DNA from: Promethearchaeota archaeon
GTDB lineage: Archaea; Asgardarchaeota; Lokiarchaeia; Sigyniarchaeales; SOKP01
Assembly: GCA_016839915.1 (NCBI GenBank)
Contig: JAEOTH010000028.1
Location: 15,433 to 79,432, forward strand
Reading direction: 5' to 3'
DNA length: 64,000 bases
The notes under the pieces are model-generated. The model saw nothing but the letters and a program-made list of their open reading frames with translations, did no database searches and was not told the DNA's origin. The translations under genes were made by a program, and so were the position numbers. Below, piece by piece: positions 39,436-49,052 of the stretch (positions are counted from its first letter, which is position 1; the number at the start of each line of letters is the position of its first letter).

Positions 39436-39647
39436 TTAATGATTAAAAAATAGCTATTAATGCTAATGAAGCTGGCAACATCATCACTAGTAGTAAAATA
39501 ATACAGATCAATAAACATGTATTTTTTTTTTTCTCTTCAGATTTTTCATCAATTTCAGTACCATTTAAATCCTCTATTTTCATGGTATGTTCTCTAATAC
39601 AAAGATTTATTTATAAAATTAATATAAAATTAGAATGAATTTGTTAA

Positions 39648-40133
39648 TTACTCTGCTTGAGACAATAAAGTAATTTTGCCACCAGCAGCTTCAATTTTCT
39701 CAATGGCTTTTTGAGAAGCTTTATTTACAGTTAAATTAATTACTTTTTTAATCTCTCCTTTTCCTAATACTTTTTGAATGTTAATTTCAGATAAATTGAG
39801 ATTATAGGTGTTTCCTGTCTTTGTTGCTTTTTTTTCAAGAACGTAACTTTCTATCTTTTGGTCTAAATCTTTAATATTAATTGTATTTATTTGATAAATC
39901 CTAGTAATATCTTGGGGTCTTTTAAAACCTCTCTTTCCCATATCCCAATCTGGGTCTGGAAATCCGAGTTCCTTTTGTTTTAAATAAAAACTTTTTTTAC
40001 TTTTTTTCCATTGAGTTGTTTTTCCTCTTCCAGCTCTTTGTCCCGTTTTTCTGTGCTGTCCTACTTTTCCGTACCCATGTGTACGTCTACCTCTCATCTT
40101 TCGAACTTTTTTAGGGAATTTTCTTGTAATCAC
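39648..40133 (-). CDS. rpl15: 50S ribosomal protein L15 (uL15)
   Basis: KMRGRRTHGYGKVGQHRKTGQRAGRGK; operon position. Confidence 0.9.
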   Translation of the reverse strand: MITRKFPKKVRKMRGRRTHGYGKVGQHRKTGQRAGRGKTTQWKKSKKSFYLKQKELGFPDPDWDMGKRGFKRPQDITRIYQINTINIKDLDQKIESYVLEKKATKTGNTYNLNLSEINIQKVLGKGEIKKVINLTVNKASQKAIEKIEAAGGKITLLSQAE

Positions 40134-40143
40134 TCATCACCTT

Positions 40144-40668
40144 TTATAACATTTTATGGATTAATTCATTGATATATATGCCAATATTACCAAGTGTTCC
40201 TCCTTCATTAAAATGCTTTTTAATAGTGCCTCGATGTCCTTTTCTTGGAGGATGTAATCGGAATACTGGTTTAATTTTGTAGATATCTTTTTCTCTATAT
40301 TGAATTTCTCCAGATAACAAAGCTTTTGCTAAATCTCTGAAATTTTTATAATTTGTCAGATTTTTAATATGTTCTTCAGTTAGTGGCTGATTACCTTCAA
40401 CCCTTCCTCTCACTCTCAATAATCTAATCAATGTTTTTTCATCAATTTCTCCATATGAAATATAATCTTTACATTTACTTAGCATTCCTTCAAATGATGC
40501 GGTACCCCAAATAAGAACGCCATGGTTTACTTTATGCATTCTTAACATTTTTAATGTATCCAATATTTTTCTCCTCATACCTGGAGCACCTCTAACTCTT
40601 ACCACAAAAAATAATTTTGGCGTGGATTCTGTTTGCTTTGTTTTTGACTTCTTTTTTGCCATAGCCAT
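40144..40668 (-). CDS. rpl30: 50S ribosomal protein L30 (uL30)
   Basis: FVVRVRGAPGMRRKILDTLKMLRMHKVNH. Confidence 0.9.
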   Translation of the reverse strand: MAMAKKKSKTKQTESTPKLFFVVRVRGAPGMRRKILDTLKMLRMHKVNHGVLIWGTASFEGMLSKCKDYISYGEIDEKTLIRLLRVRGRVEGNQPLTEEHIKNLTNYKNFRDLAKALLSGEIQYREKDIYKIKPVFRLHPPRKGHRGTIKKHFNEGGTLGNIGIYINELIHKML

Positions 40669-40685
40669 TTATACACCACTCTTAT

Positions 40686-41300
40686 TTATAAATTAAAGTT
40701 ATATTTATGAGCATTTTTTAAAGCATCAAATGTTGCCTTTACTAAATTTTCACTAGTTCTAGTATCTCCATAGGTTTTACTCCAGATATCTTCAATGCCA
40801 CATAATCTTAATACTTGCTTAACTTTATCAGCGCATGCTAAACCTACGCCTACGGGAGCAGCTATTAAACGAATTTTAACTGAACCGCATTTTCCTTCTA
40901 CTCGGAAGGGAATACTATGGGTTCCACCACAAACACATTCTCCACTCCCACAACCTCTCATAATAGGAACCACAGATAATTTTGCTTTATCAATAGCTTT
41001 TCTAATAGCAGGACCAACTTCTTTACTGCGTGCAGAGCCAACTCCAAGAAAACCATCAGCTCCTACAATAACAACTGCTTTAAATCTGCTACGCTGACCG
41101 CTAGCGGTCATCTTTTGAACCATCTTGATCGTGATTACGTCCTCTTTGAGTTGTGGGAGGAGAATATCTATTATTTCTTTTTCCTTTACTACAAGATTAT
41201 TTTGAAAGATTTTATCAAGAGTTATAAGCCCTTGTTTTACAAGTTCTCCTAATTTAGTTTTAGGAAACCATTCCTCTTCAACATTTCTTAAACGACTCAT
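40686..41300 (-). CDS. rps5: 30S ribosomal protein S5 (uS5)
   Basis: ..GQRSRFKAVVIVGADGFLGVGSARSKEVGPAIRKA. Confidence 0.9.
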   Translation of the reverse strand: MSRLRNVEEEWFPKTKLGELVKQGLITLDKIFQNNLVVKEKEIIDILLPQLKEDVITIKMVQKMTASGQRSRFKAVVIVGADGFLGVGSARSKEVGPAIRKAIDKAKLSVVPIMRGCGSGECVCGGTHSIPFRVEGKCGSVKIRLIAAPVGVGLACADKVKQVLRLCGIEDIWSKTYGDTRTSENLVKATFDALKNAHKYNFNL

Positions 41301-41314
41301 TTTTTTTCACTTTT

Positions 41315-41905
41315 TTAGGTTTTATTTTCTATAGATTTTAATGAATTTGAAAACAGTTGGCTAATTTTTAGTGGATTAACTTTCTTGTTTATATATCCAG
41401 AAAATATATGTTCAAATTTTTCGGGGTCATTTGATTTTAATTTTTTTGCATAATCTTCAATATGAGCCCCCTTAATTCTATCTTCTAAATTTTTTGGAAA
41501 AAATTCTTCCCGATATGGAATATTCATACCAGAATCTACTAATCCTTTACAAGCGGCTAATACTCGATTTCGGTGGTAAAATATGCCTAAGTCAAAAATA
41601 GCTTCTGAGATATTTTTAGCTTTTGCTCTTGTTCCTGCTAAATAACCCGTTAAATATGCTGCCGGTATGTTTCCTGTATTCGCATCCCACCCAAATTTTA
41701 AGGGTAATTCCTTTGAAAATGCAGATACCAAGATTTTATCTCCCTCTAATTTTGATTGGATAATTTGAACTCTTATATGATCATTTGAGGCTCGAATTGT
41801 TATTCTTAATTTCCTTGATTTTAACAATTTCAACCTTTTGTGGTAATCTGTTTTACCTTCGTTGCGGCGTCGAAGTGATCTTTTATACCTTGGACCTCTT
41901 GCCAT
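41315..41905 (-). CDS. rpl18: 50S ribosomal protein L18 (uL18)
   Basis: RRRNEGKTDYHKRLKLLKS..RASNDHIRVQII. Confidence 0.9.
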   Translation of the reverse strand: MARGPRYKRSLRRRNEGKTDYHKRLKLLKSRKLRITIRASNDHIRVQIIQSKLEGDKILVSAFSKELPLKFGWDANTGNIPAAYLTGYLAGTRAKAKNISEAIFDLGIFYHRNRVLAACKGLVDSGMNIPYREEFFPKNLEDRIKGAHIEDYAKKLKSNDPEKFEHIFSGYINKKVNPLKISQLFSNSLKSIENKT

Positions 41906-41907
41906 TT

Positions 41908-42369
41908 TTAACGCCCCCTTCCTCGTCTTATTATTTCTTTTTCTTTAATGTATCTATTCAATTGAGCAACGCTAGTAAACATACCACCTTTAGCGTTTTT
42001 ATATAATTTCCTATAATTGGTAGCAGTAATTAATTTTCTATCTCTAAGTTTTTTCAATTCTCGCCTAATTGGACGAATTCTCAAAATCCATGCTCTTTTT
42101 TTAGGAGTTCTCGCATGTTTTGTCCCTTTTCTTTTTCCTAATCCCCTCGCCCTTCCTCGTTTTTTTCTTTCATGATGAAGATTTTTTCGATATTTTGAGA
42201 TACCTTGCTTATATTTTTTCTGAATTGCTCCTTGCTTTATTAAATTACGGACATCCTCACGAGTTATAGCTAACGAGATATCTTCAATTAAATATGGATC
42301 AAAATATACTCGATTCTCCCCACACTTGAGAATCTCACTAGCCATCCTTTTTTGTGGTTTTAAATTCAT
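41908..42369 (-). CDS. rpl19e: 50S ribosomal protein L19e
   Basis: LKPQKRMASEILKCGENRVYFDP. Confidence 0.9.
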   Translation of the reverse strand: MNLKPQKRMASEILKCGENRVYFDPYLIEDISLAITREDVRNLIKQGAIQKKYKQGISKYRKNLHHERKKRGRARGLGKRKGTKHARTPKKRAWILRIRPIRRELKKLRDRKLITATNYRKLYKNAKGGMFTSVAQLNRYIKEKEIIRRGRGR

Positions 42370-42370
42370 T

Positions 42371-42862
42371 TTATTCTCCCTCTAAAGCATCTTCTAAATC
42401 ATCAATATCAATAAAATCTTCATCTTCTATATCAGATAAAGGAGCTTCTACTATGGCTTCCAACCTTTCCATTTCTTTTTGTGATATTCCAAGATTTAGG
42501 ATTTTAAATCCCCTTTTTTGACAGTAGTCGATAAGAGCAACACGTTTCTTGGAACCTAATTTGCTAGAAATTTTAATAGCATGATATTTTTTATTTAAAT
42601 TAGTTAAATCTTTTAATGTGGTAACTCTAACTTCTTCATAGCCAGATGGATGCACACCTCTTACTTTTTTTGGAGTTCTATATCCTACTGAGGGAGATTT
42701 TACACCTGATTTCTTTTTCTTTCTAGTTTTTGAATCAATACCCCTAGCCTTTCTCCATGAATCTTTAACTCTTTTATATCTCCAAGATTCAACTCGCCTA
42801 AATGAGGGCTTTTTTTTATTCATTTTTTTCCGTAATTCCATCAATCTTTTATCTTGAACCAT
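42371..42862 (-). CDS. rpl32e: 50S ribosomal protein L32e
   Basis: KKPSFRRVESWRYKRVKDSWRKARGIDSK. Confidence 0.85.
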   Translation of the reverse strand: MVQDKRLMELRKKMNKKKPSFRRVESWRYKRVKDSWRKARGIDSKTRKKKKSGVKSPSVGYRTPKKVRGVHPSGYEEVRVTTLKDLTNLNKKYHAIKISSKLGSKKRVALIDYCQKRGFKILNLGISQKEMERLEAIVEAPLSDIEDEDFIDIDDLEDALEGE

Positions 42863-42877
42863 AAAAATAACCTCAAC

Positions 42878-43456
42878 TTAATATATTTCCCAGATAACTT
42901 CTTCTCCTAATATTTTTTTATACAAATAAACCCCATCTTGAAAAACTCGAGGGTCTTTTTTTCGGATACGACATGCTCTTTTTACATTAGCTGCTGCTTG
43001 TCCTAATAATTCTTTATCAGGTCCAATAAAATATACATCATCTCCTTTGACTTCTACTTTTACATTTTCTGGATATTTTGCTTTTCTAGGAGCTCTTTCT
43101 CCCAAGAAATTAACTACATGGATCTCATGCTTATCTTGTTTCACCTCACAATTACAAGGAAAGTGTGAATAACAAATTTTTGAGACATATTTATAATTAG
43201 TTTGAACCCCAATCATTAAATTATTAATAATACTGACAACAGTTTTAATTAAAGCAAGTGTCCCACTCTTTGGAAAATTTGTGGAAAAAATAATTTTATT
43301 TCCCTCAATTGAGACATTAATACCTCTCACATGAGAAAAATCTTTTATAATATCTCCATTTGGACCTTTTACTTTGATATGATGTCCACCCTCAAGAGTA
43401 ACATTTACGCCTTTGGGTATTTCCAATTCATCTTTAAAGAACGCTATTTTTACCAT
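42878..43456 (-). CDS. rpl6: 50S ribosomal protein L6 (uL6)
   Basis: operon position, ..IKVKGPNGDI.., 192 aa. Confidence 0.9.
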   Translation of the reverse strand: MVKIAFFKDELEIPKGVNVTLEGGHHIKVKGPNGDIIKDFSHVRGINVSIEGNKIIFSTNFPKSGTLALIKTVVSIINNLMIGVQTNYKYVSKICYSHFPCNCEVKQDKHEIHVVNFLGERAPRKAKYPENVKVEVKGDDVYFIGPDKELLGQAAANVKRACRIRKKDPRVFQDGVYLYKKILGEEVIWEIY

Positions 43457-43477
43457 TTCTATTCACTTTGTAAAATT

Positions 43478-43861
43478 TTAATAAATATAGCATAAAGTGT
43501 GACCACCAATATGCTTTTCTTCTGCTTCACTCATTGTCATAATTCCTTGATTTGTAGTAAGTATTATAATCCCTAAACCAGGTGCGGGTAATAATTTTCT
43601 TTCTAACATTTCATATTGAGATATTTTATAATTTAACCTCATTAATCCTGAACATTCATTAATTTTGCCCAATAAAGCAATTTTGAATTTTCCCTGCCTT
43701 CCATCATCATATCTTTCGAATTCTCCAATATAAGCATGTCTTTGAAAAATTCGAAGAATTTGCTGCAGAACTTTGGAAGCGGGGGTAATCACTAATTCTT
43801 TTTTACGTGCTCTCTCTGCATTTTTAAGTGCGCAACATGCATCAGTTATTGTATTTGTCAT
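43478..43861 (-). CDS. rps8: 30S ribosomal protein S8 (uS8)
   Basis: DACCALKNAERARKKELV..GGHTLCYIY. Confidence 0.9.
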   Translation of the reverse strand: MTNTITDACCALKNAERARKKELVITPASKVLQQILRIFQRHAYIGEFERYDDGRQGKFKIALLGKINECSGLMRLNYKISQYEMLERKLLPAPGLGIIILTTNQGIMTMSEAEEKHIGGHTLCYIY

Positions 43862-43896
43862 CTTAATTTACTCTTTCGATTTTTTTCATATAATTT

Positions 43897-44046
43897 TTAT
43901 TCAAATCTTTTAAATCCAATATCCTTTCCTATCTCATAAAAGCATCTTCGGCAGATGGATAATCCATAACGTCGAATTATTCCTCTATGAGTATGACAAC
44001 GTCTACATTCACGGACACCTTTTCCATAATGTTTGCCTTGTGGTAT
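43897..44046 (-). CDS. rps14: 30S ribosomal protein S14 type Z (uS14), apparent ATA start
   Basis: Not in ORF track. (M)[48 protein letters not shown]; frame opens after TGA; ATA lies 6 nt after AGGTGA; canonical position between L5 and S8. Confidence 0.75.
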   Translation of the reverse strand: MPQGKHYGKGVRECRRCHTHRGIIRRYGLSICRRCFYEIGKDIGFKRFE

Positions 44047-44065
44047 TTTCTTTCACCTTACCTTA

Positions 44066-44659
44066 TTATATAAATTCTAAATCTAATTTCTTTACAATTT
44101 CAACGCCAAATTTTTGTTTTAAAAAATATTGGGTTTCTTCTCGTGATGTGTAATGATGTTTAGGAACTTTAGTACGAGCTTTTCTTCTAGATTTTACTCT
44201 CATCCCTGGTCTTACTACTCTTCCTACACAATCTAATCCCCAAATACCAATTGTATTATCATATTCAATACCGGGAATAGAAATATGTTCTGTTATTCCA
44301 AAACCAAAATTTCCATAATCATCAAAACTTTTTCTCAAAATTTTATTATTATTTACAATTAATAATTTTTTGAGCAGTTTTTCAGCATTTTGGTTCCTGA
44401 TAGTTATTTTTGTACCAATTGGGCGCCCTTTTCTTAGATTAAATTCTTTTACATTTGTTTTTGATAACGTTTTAATTGCTTTTTGACCGGTTATTGTTTC
44501 TAACACTGTAACTGCTTTTTCTAACTCTTCTCCGCCAACTCCAACACCAATATTCAAAACCAACTTTTCTAAAAATGGTTTTTTCATTGGATTTTTCCAT
44601 TTCTCTTCAAATTCTTTTGAGAGAACATCTTGGGTCTTTTTTCTAGTTTTACTCGACAT
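44066..44659 (-). CDS. rpl5: 50S ribosomal protein L5 (uL5)
   Basis: PFLEKLVLNIGVG..NFGFGITEHISIPG. Confidence 0.9.
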   Translation of the reverse strand: MSSKTRKKTQDVLSKEFEEKWKNPMKKPFLEKLVLNIGVGVGGEELEKAVTVLETITGQKAIKTLSKTNVKEFNLRKGRPIGTKITIRNQNAEKLLKKLLIVNNNKILRKSFDDYGNFGFGITEHISIPGIEYDNTIGIWGLDCVGRVVRPGMRVKSRRKARTKVPKHHYTSREETQYFLKQKFGVEIVKKLDLEFI

Positions 44660-44687
44660 TTTCTACTCACATAGTTTTTTATTATAA

Positions 44688-45443
44688 TCAATTTCCTATT
44701 TTAGGCAAAGCAATTTCAGAATTTTCTTCTCCTATAATGAATGTATAATCATATAAAGTTTCTGTACGGTCACCATTATGCTGAATTGATACTGTACTTG
44801 CTTTGGGGCCAAATCTTTTCAATACATTAATAATCTTTCCAACCTGGCCAATATTTTTTCCAGACATAATGATCGCAATATTATTTTCTTTAAATTTCAA
44901 TATTTTTTGAACTTCTTGCTCAGGAATAGAAATTTTTAAAACATCCATTCTCTTATAAATATCTTCTTTAGGGCTTCTTGGATCCTTAACCCTGATTAGA
45001 ATATTTCTTCCATCATGAAGGTTTAATTGAATATGACCTCCTTTTATTGTTAATTTATTATTTATTCTACATAATTTGAACATACTCTCCTCTTCAGAGA
45101 TTTCATGTAGAATTAGACCATAATGAGAATCTGGTAATATTCTATAGTGCTTTTTCTCTTGTTCTATTGATAACACATCCATTAATCCGACAGGATATGA
45201 TTTAGTACTAACAACTTTTCCATCAACCTTAAAGTAACCTAAGCCAATAAGCTTTTTCGCTTCCTTATGATTATCGACAATATCGAGTAAATCTCTCACA
45301 ATGTGAAGGAGTGGTAAACAAAATCTTCTAGGATGAGGTCCTGGGGTTGGGTTTGTAAAAAACTTTCCATGTTTTCTTTTAATTTGTAAATGAGCAGGTG
45401 TATTAAGCCTTTTTAAGACTTTTTGACCGCCATGTTTAGTCAT
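44688..45443 (-). CDS. rps4e: 30S ribosomal protein S4e
   Basis: HLKRLNTPAHLQIKRKHGKF..; 251 aa. Confidence 0.9.
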   Translation of the reverse strand: MTKHGGQKVLKRLNTPAHLQIKRKHGKFFTNPTPGPHPRRFCLPLLHIVRDLLDIVDNHKEAKKLIGLGYFKVDGKVVSTKSYPVGLMDVLSIEQEKKHYRILPDSHYGLILHEISEEESMFKLCRINNKLTIKGGHIQLNLHDGRNILIRVKDPRSPKEDIYKRMDVLKISIPEQEVQKILKFKENNIAIIMSGKNIGQVGKIINVLKRFGPKASTVSIQHNGDRTETLYDYTFIIGEENSEIALPKIGN

Positions 45444-45446
45444 TTT

Positions 45447-45887
45447 TTATTTTTCCACCTCTTTCCCTTTCTTTGGGCCTGTTAATTCTTCCTCATAAAA
45501 TCCATATAATGCCTTTCGTTCAATCATATTCCCACGCCATGGATCCATTTTTTTTTCCTTTGTAAGCTTAGTAATTACCAAATTCGACACATGAATTGGA
45601 GGATGGAACTGAGTACCATCAGATTTTTCGAATTGAGCTTCTTTAATTTTACATCTTAAATCTTTAGTAATCTCAAGCACTTCGCCTTCAAAATCTTTGA
45701 ACTCTCCTTTACATATCCTCACATGATCGCCTACTCTAATAGGGAGTCTTTTAATTCCGTATTCATCACGAAGAAAGTCAGCTACTCGAGTACTAAGTAA
45801 CTTTGAACGTTGATGATTGTTATAATTATAGAGTGCTTTCCTTTGTTTTCTTGGTTGTTTTGATTTAACTTTCATTTTTAATCCCAT
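45447..45887 (-). CDS. rpl24: 50S ribosomal protein L24 (uL24)
   Basis: KQPRKQRKALYN..IRVGDHVRICKGEFKDFEGEV. Confidence 0.9.
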   Translation of the reverse strand: MGLKMKVKSKQPRKQRKALYNYNNHQRSKLLSTRVADFLRDEYGIKRLPIRVGDHVRICKGEFKDFEGEVLEITKDLRCKIKEAQFEKSDGTQFHPPIHVSNLVITKLTKEKKMDPWRGNMIERKALYGFYEEELTGPKKGKEVEK

Positions 45888-45889
45888 AC

Positions 45890-46315
45890 TTATATTATTA
45901 ATGATGATATTGATGCGAGACGTGGAAACATTTCTGCTGCTTCTCGTGCGATTGGGCCTCTAATCTCTGTTGCTTTCGCTTCCCCTTCTTTTGTTACTAG
46001 TACACCAGCATTATCTTCAAAGCAAAGTCTTGTTCCGTCTAATCGTCTGTAAATCATTTTTTGCCTTACAATTACAGCTTTTACTATATTTCCTCGTAAT
46101 TCAGGTTTTCCTTTTTTTATTGTGACTGTACAAATACTACCAACTGAAGCTTTCGGTAACCTTCTTAATCTAGTTTTAAAACCATCTACATTAATAATTT
46201 GAGCTATCTTTGCTCCTGAATTATCAGCAATAATAATTCGTGATCCATTACATAAACCATAACTTGTGCGTGGTTTTGCATATGTTTTTCTTCCAAGCTT
46301 TCTTCTTGTACCCAC
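45890..46315 (-). CDS. rpl14: 50S ribosomal protein L14 (uL14)
   Basis: ..IIADNSGAKIAQII..FEDNAGVLV. Confidence 0.9.
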   Translation of the reverse strand: MGTRRKLGRKTYAKPRTSYGLCNGSRIIIADNSGAKIAQIINVDGFKTRLRRLPKASVGSICTVTIKKGKPELRGNIVKAVIVRQKMIYRRLDGTRLCFEDNAGVLVTKEGEAKATEIRGPIAREAAEMFPRLASISSLII

Positions 46316-46681
46316 TTATTCCACCCCACTCGAAATTTTATCCAGTACGATAAATGCTTTTGTTTTTGATATTTTTCGGGATTCTCCAACTCTCACCAAA
46401 TCACCTATTGCAATATCATGGATTAAACAATCTGGTAGATGACAAGCAAGTCTCGTATTTCGGCGCTCGTATCTTTGATATTTTTTAATAAATTGAACAT
46501 AATCACGTCTAACAATAACCGTATTTTTTGATTTTTTACTTACAATGATCCCTTTTGTAATTTTTCCTCTTATTCGTGTATTACCATGATAAGGGCATGA
46601 TTGATCTTTACATTCTTCTGTTTTACCTTGGGGAGGAACTACACCGGGGATACCAATATTTCTACTCATTTTTTTAACCAT
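46316..46681 (-). CDS. rps17: 30S ribosomal protein S17 (uS17)
   Basis: CPYHGNTRIRGKI..VIVRRDY..IGDLVRVGESRKISKTK. Confidence 0.9.
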   Translation of the reverse strand: MVKKMSRNIGIPGVVPPQGKTEECKDQSCPYHGNTRIRGKITKGIIVSKKSKNTVIVRRDYVQFIKKYQRYERRNTRLACHLPDCLIHDIAIGDLVRVGESRKISKTKAFIVLDKISSGVE

Positions 46682-46983
46682 CTCTTTTTCTTTAAACTTC
46701 TCAATCTATTTACAGGTCGTCCAACAATCTTATTCCCCTCAACTTCTAAATAATAATCTTCTTCTTCATTCGAGTTATTTGGAATTTTAAACCTATATAT
46801 ATAGTCTTTTTTAATATACTTCTTGATTTTCTTATCTTTTTCAACAATTAACATATCTCTTGTTTCATCAATCACAACGCCAATTAGCGAGAAATTTTTA
46901 TCATTCAACCTTGATTTGGGTTTGGCAAAGGTATAAATACCTATTAAATCATGGTATATTATATATTTTGGATTTATCATCAT
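46666..46983 (-). CDS. rnp1: RNase P protein component 1 (Rpp29/Pop4)
   Basis: HDLIGIYTFAK..LIGVVIDETRDMLIVE; canonical position between L29 and S17. Confidence 0.8.
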   Translation of the reverse strand: MMINPKYIIYHDLIGIYTFAKPKSRLNDKNFSLIGVVIDETRDMLIVEKDKKIKKYIKKDYIYRFKIPNNSNEEEDYYLEVEGNKIVGRPVNRLRSLKKKRWLKK

Positions 46984-47177
46984 TTTTCTTCATTTATTAC
47001 AGTAAGTAATCTAGCAATTTGTTTTCGTAATAATTTTGCTTTAGCTGGATTGTCAGAAAGGCCTCCACCAGTTTGCATTGAGTATAATATCATTAGTTCT
47101 TCTCTTAAATCAATTAGAGCTCTTTCTCTTTCTCTTTCATCCATTTCACGGATTCTTTTTGCTGTTAATATATCCAT
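46980..47177 (-). CDS. rpl29: 50S ribosomal protein L29 (uL29)
   Basis: IREMDERERERALIDLREELM.. Confidence 0.9.
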   Translation of the reverse strand: MDILTAKRIREMDERERERALIDLREELMILYSMQTGGGLSDNPAKAKLLRKQIARLLTVINEEK

Positions 47178-47203
47178 ATCCTGTCACAAATTTTATAATA
47201 ATT

Positions 47204-48079
47204 TTATTCATTTTCTTCCTTTTCTTCCTTTTCTTCATTTTCTTCTTTTTCTTCATTAGGAGTTAAAGAGATCTCAGAAATATCTTGTTCATCAACATCA
47301 TCGAGGAGTTTTTTATCTTCCTCACTTATTACTCCTTCTTCCTCTTCAATTATATAATCTGCTTGAGTTTTCGCTAATTTTGCTACTTCCTGTGCTTGAG
47401 CCTTGGTAAGAAGATCCTCTTTGATTTTTATGTCATCACCCATTTTTGTATTGGCTCGCATAATTTTCACTATTATACCTAAAACTCCTGATTTCTGTAT
47501 ACATTGAGCTACACCCTTATCTACGCCTTCTTGTGCCACTTGACCACTTTTTGACATTGTACCAGCGCGAAATATCTGTGTACGAGCTCTTTGGCTAGTT
47601 ACTTTCCCTGAAATGATAATTTCAACTCCCCGAGCCCCTGCATCCATTACCTTTCTTAGGATATAATAACCTGCTCTTCTATAGTGTCTTCCTCTATCTA
47701 AACTATATGCTAACCTTTCTGACATAATCTGCGCATCTAAATCTGGTTCTTGGACCTCCTCAACTTCAATTTGGGGCAATTAGCTTGGTTTTCGATTAGA
47801 AAACAAATTTTCCAGCCCAAATTTTTCTTGGAGGACATCAGTTATCTCTTGAATGCGCTTACCGCCTTTTAGCTAATAAGTCGAAATGACTTCATACTTA
47901 CCAATGACCAGACCTGGTCTTGACGTCTTGAGGGTAATGCGCACTCCAAGAGGTGTTCGTTGTAGTTCCACTCCGGCAAATCCTGCACGGATCAACTCTG
48001 AGCGTAGGTATTCATTTATTTGCATTAGCTTAATTCCTTGCTCTATGAAATTCTTAACAAGAGGCACTTGCTTCACCAA
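47204..48079 (-). CDS. rps3: 30S ribosomal protein S3 (uS3), interrupted by two 30-nt introns (exons 48079..47898, 47867..47809, 47778..47204)
   Basis: ORF track shows two fragments (47873..48079, 47204..47779). Spliced product ..[44 protein letters not shown].. restores the KH GxxG motif and is colinear with archaeal S3; exon sum 816 nt. Confidence 0.85.
47779..47808 (-). other. putative BHB intron B of rps3, 30 nt
   Basis: ATTTGTTTTCTAATCGAAAACCAAGCTAAT; central helix TGGA/GCTA (3 of 4), bulges AAA and ATT, inner hairpin GTTTTC-TAATC-GAAAAC, outer exon-exon helix TTTGGGC/GCCC(C)AAA, in-frame TAA. Confidence 0.7.
47868..47897 (-). other. putative BHB intron A of rps3, 30 nt
   Basis: GTATGAAGTCATTTCGACTTATTAGCTAAA; central helix TGGT/GCTA (two G.U), bulges AAG and AAA, inner hairpin with ATTTC loop, in-frame TAG. 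Confidence 0.7.
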
Positions 48080-48244
48080 TGAGAGTTACTTTTTTTTTTA
48101 TCCATTCTATTTTTTCCATTCTATTTTTTTAACGTGATAAGTGAAGTAAGAAGGTATAAAATTTTAAGTTTATTAAAAAGCGATATAAATCTATAAGGTA
48201 TCAGCTGAAAACGAAAGATTTATATTGAGGGAAAAAACTTGATT

Positions 48245-48655
48245 TCATATTTTTTCTAAAAGAGGAGATAATAAACAAATTAATTCCTGGAGCTCCTTAT
48301 CAATAATATTTACTTCTCCCTCTCCCTCTCTATCTATTGTAAAATTAGTTAATTCAATCAATAACTTGAAGGACCTAACTAATTCTTCTTTTTCTTCATT
48401 ATTAATGTAATCCTTATATTCTAACAAATCATCATGAAATATTGATCTTAACAATGTGTCATAATTTGCTCCTTTATGCTCAAACTCCAAATTGAAGAGA
48501 ATCTTAATATTTCTCTCTAAGTTTTTTAACAGGTGAAGATAATTCCTTACCAAATCGAAATCTCTAAATTCTGGATTATCAGCATTCTTCAAAGAAAACC
48601 TTAATAGATTTAACAATTTATCATAATTCCTTAAAATCCTCTTTGAAGCCAACAT
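48245..48655 (-). CDS. hypothetical helical protein (within insertion between rpl22 and rps3)
   Basis: 136-aa ORF, no family recognised. Confidence 0.35.
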   Translation of the reverse strand: MLASKRILRNYDKLLNLLRFSLKNADNPEFRDFDLVRNYLHLLKNLERNIKILFNLEFEHKGANYDTLLRSIFHDDLLEYKDYINNEEKEELVRSFKLLIELTNFTIDREGEGEVNIIDKELQELICLLSPLLEKI

Positions 48656-48736
48656 AAGTCATTAAAAACATATATGTCTAATCTTAAATAATTAACTAAT
48701 TTTAGCCGAAACAAATTTATAAGAAATAGAAAATAA

Positions 48737-48952
48737 TCAAATTAAGAAATTTGACTTCACAAATCTTACTAAATCATCCCATCTATACCCTGTATAAGTG
48801 TCTAAAAACCGATTCGCATTGCGCTTTAATGAATCTAATGGATAGCCATAATCCTCATGCAATCCTAAATCAATAACAAGCTTACCCATATTATAGTGAT
48901 ACCTACTATTCCCAATTTCTTGGACATGAGAATGAAGCAGCTGAATAGCCAA
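48737..48952 (-). CDS. hypothetical small protein; frame stays open upstream to about 49024
   Basis: 71-aa ORF with TTG start. Confidence 0.3.
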   Translation of the reverse strand: MAIQLLHSHVQEIGNSRYHYNMGKLVIDLGLHEDYGYPLDSLKRNANRFLDTYTGYRWDDLVRFVKSNFLI

Positions 48953-49015
48953 CTCAAAATAATTCTTAACAGGAATATTAAGAGCTTGAAATCTTAAATC
49001 TACAAAGGAAACTCC

Positions 49016-49052
49016 TATATATAGCTATATATATATATACGCGCAATTCGCG
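49016..49052. repeat. (TA)n tract followed by GC-rich hairpin CGCG-CAATT-CGCG
   Basis: tatatatagctatatatatatata then cgcgcaattcgcg, a GC island in AT-rich DNA. Confidence 0.5.

Noticed and set aside
47868-47897. Spliceosomal-type GT..AG reading of S3 insert A (GTAAGT...TTATTAG).
   Set aside because: That excision is 29 nt and destroys the frame. The other inserts lack GT/AG ends, while BHB geometry fits and restores the frame.
47779-47897. Translational bypassing (take-off/landing codons) or stop-codon readthrough for the S3 and L11 inserts.
   Set aside because: Matching take-off and landing codons are absent for the L11 inserts, and three of the six inserts require frame changes of different sizes. 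Readthrough would add 10-aa insertions inside the conserved KH motif.
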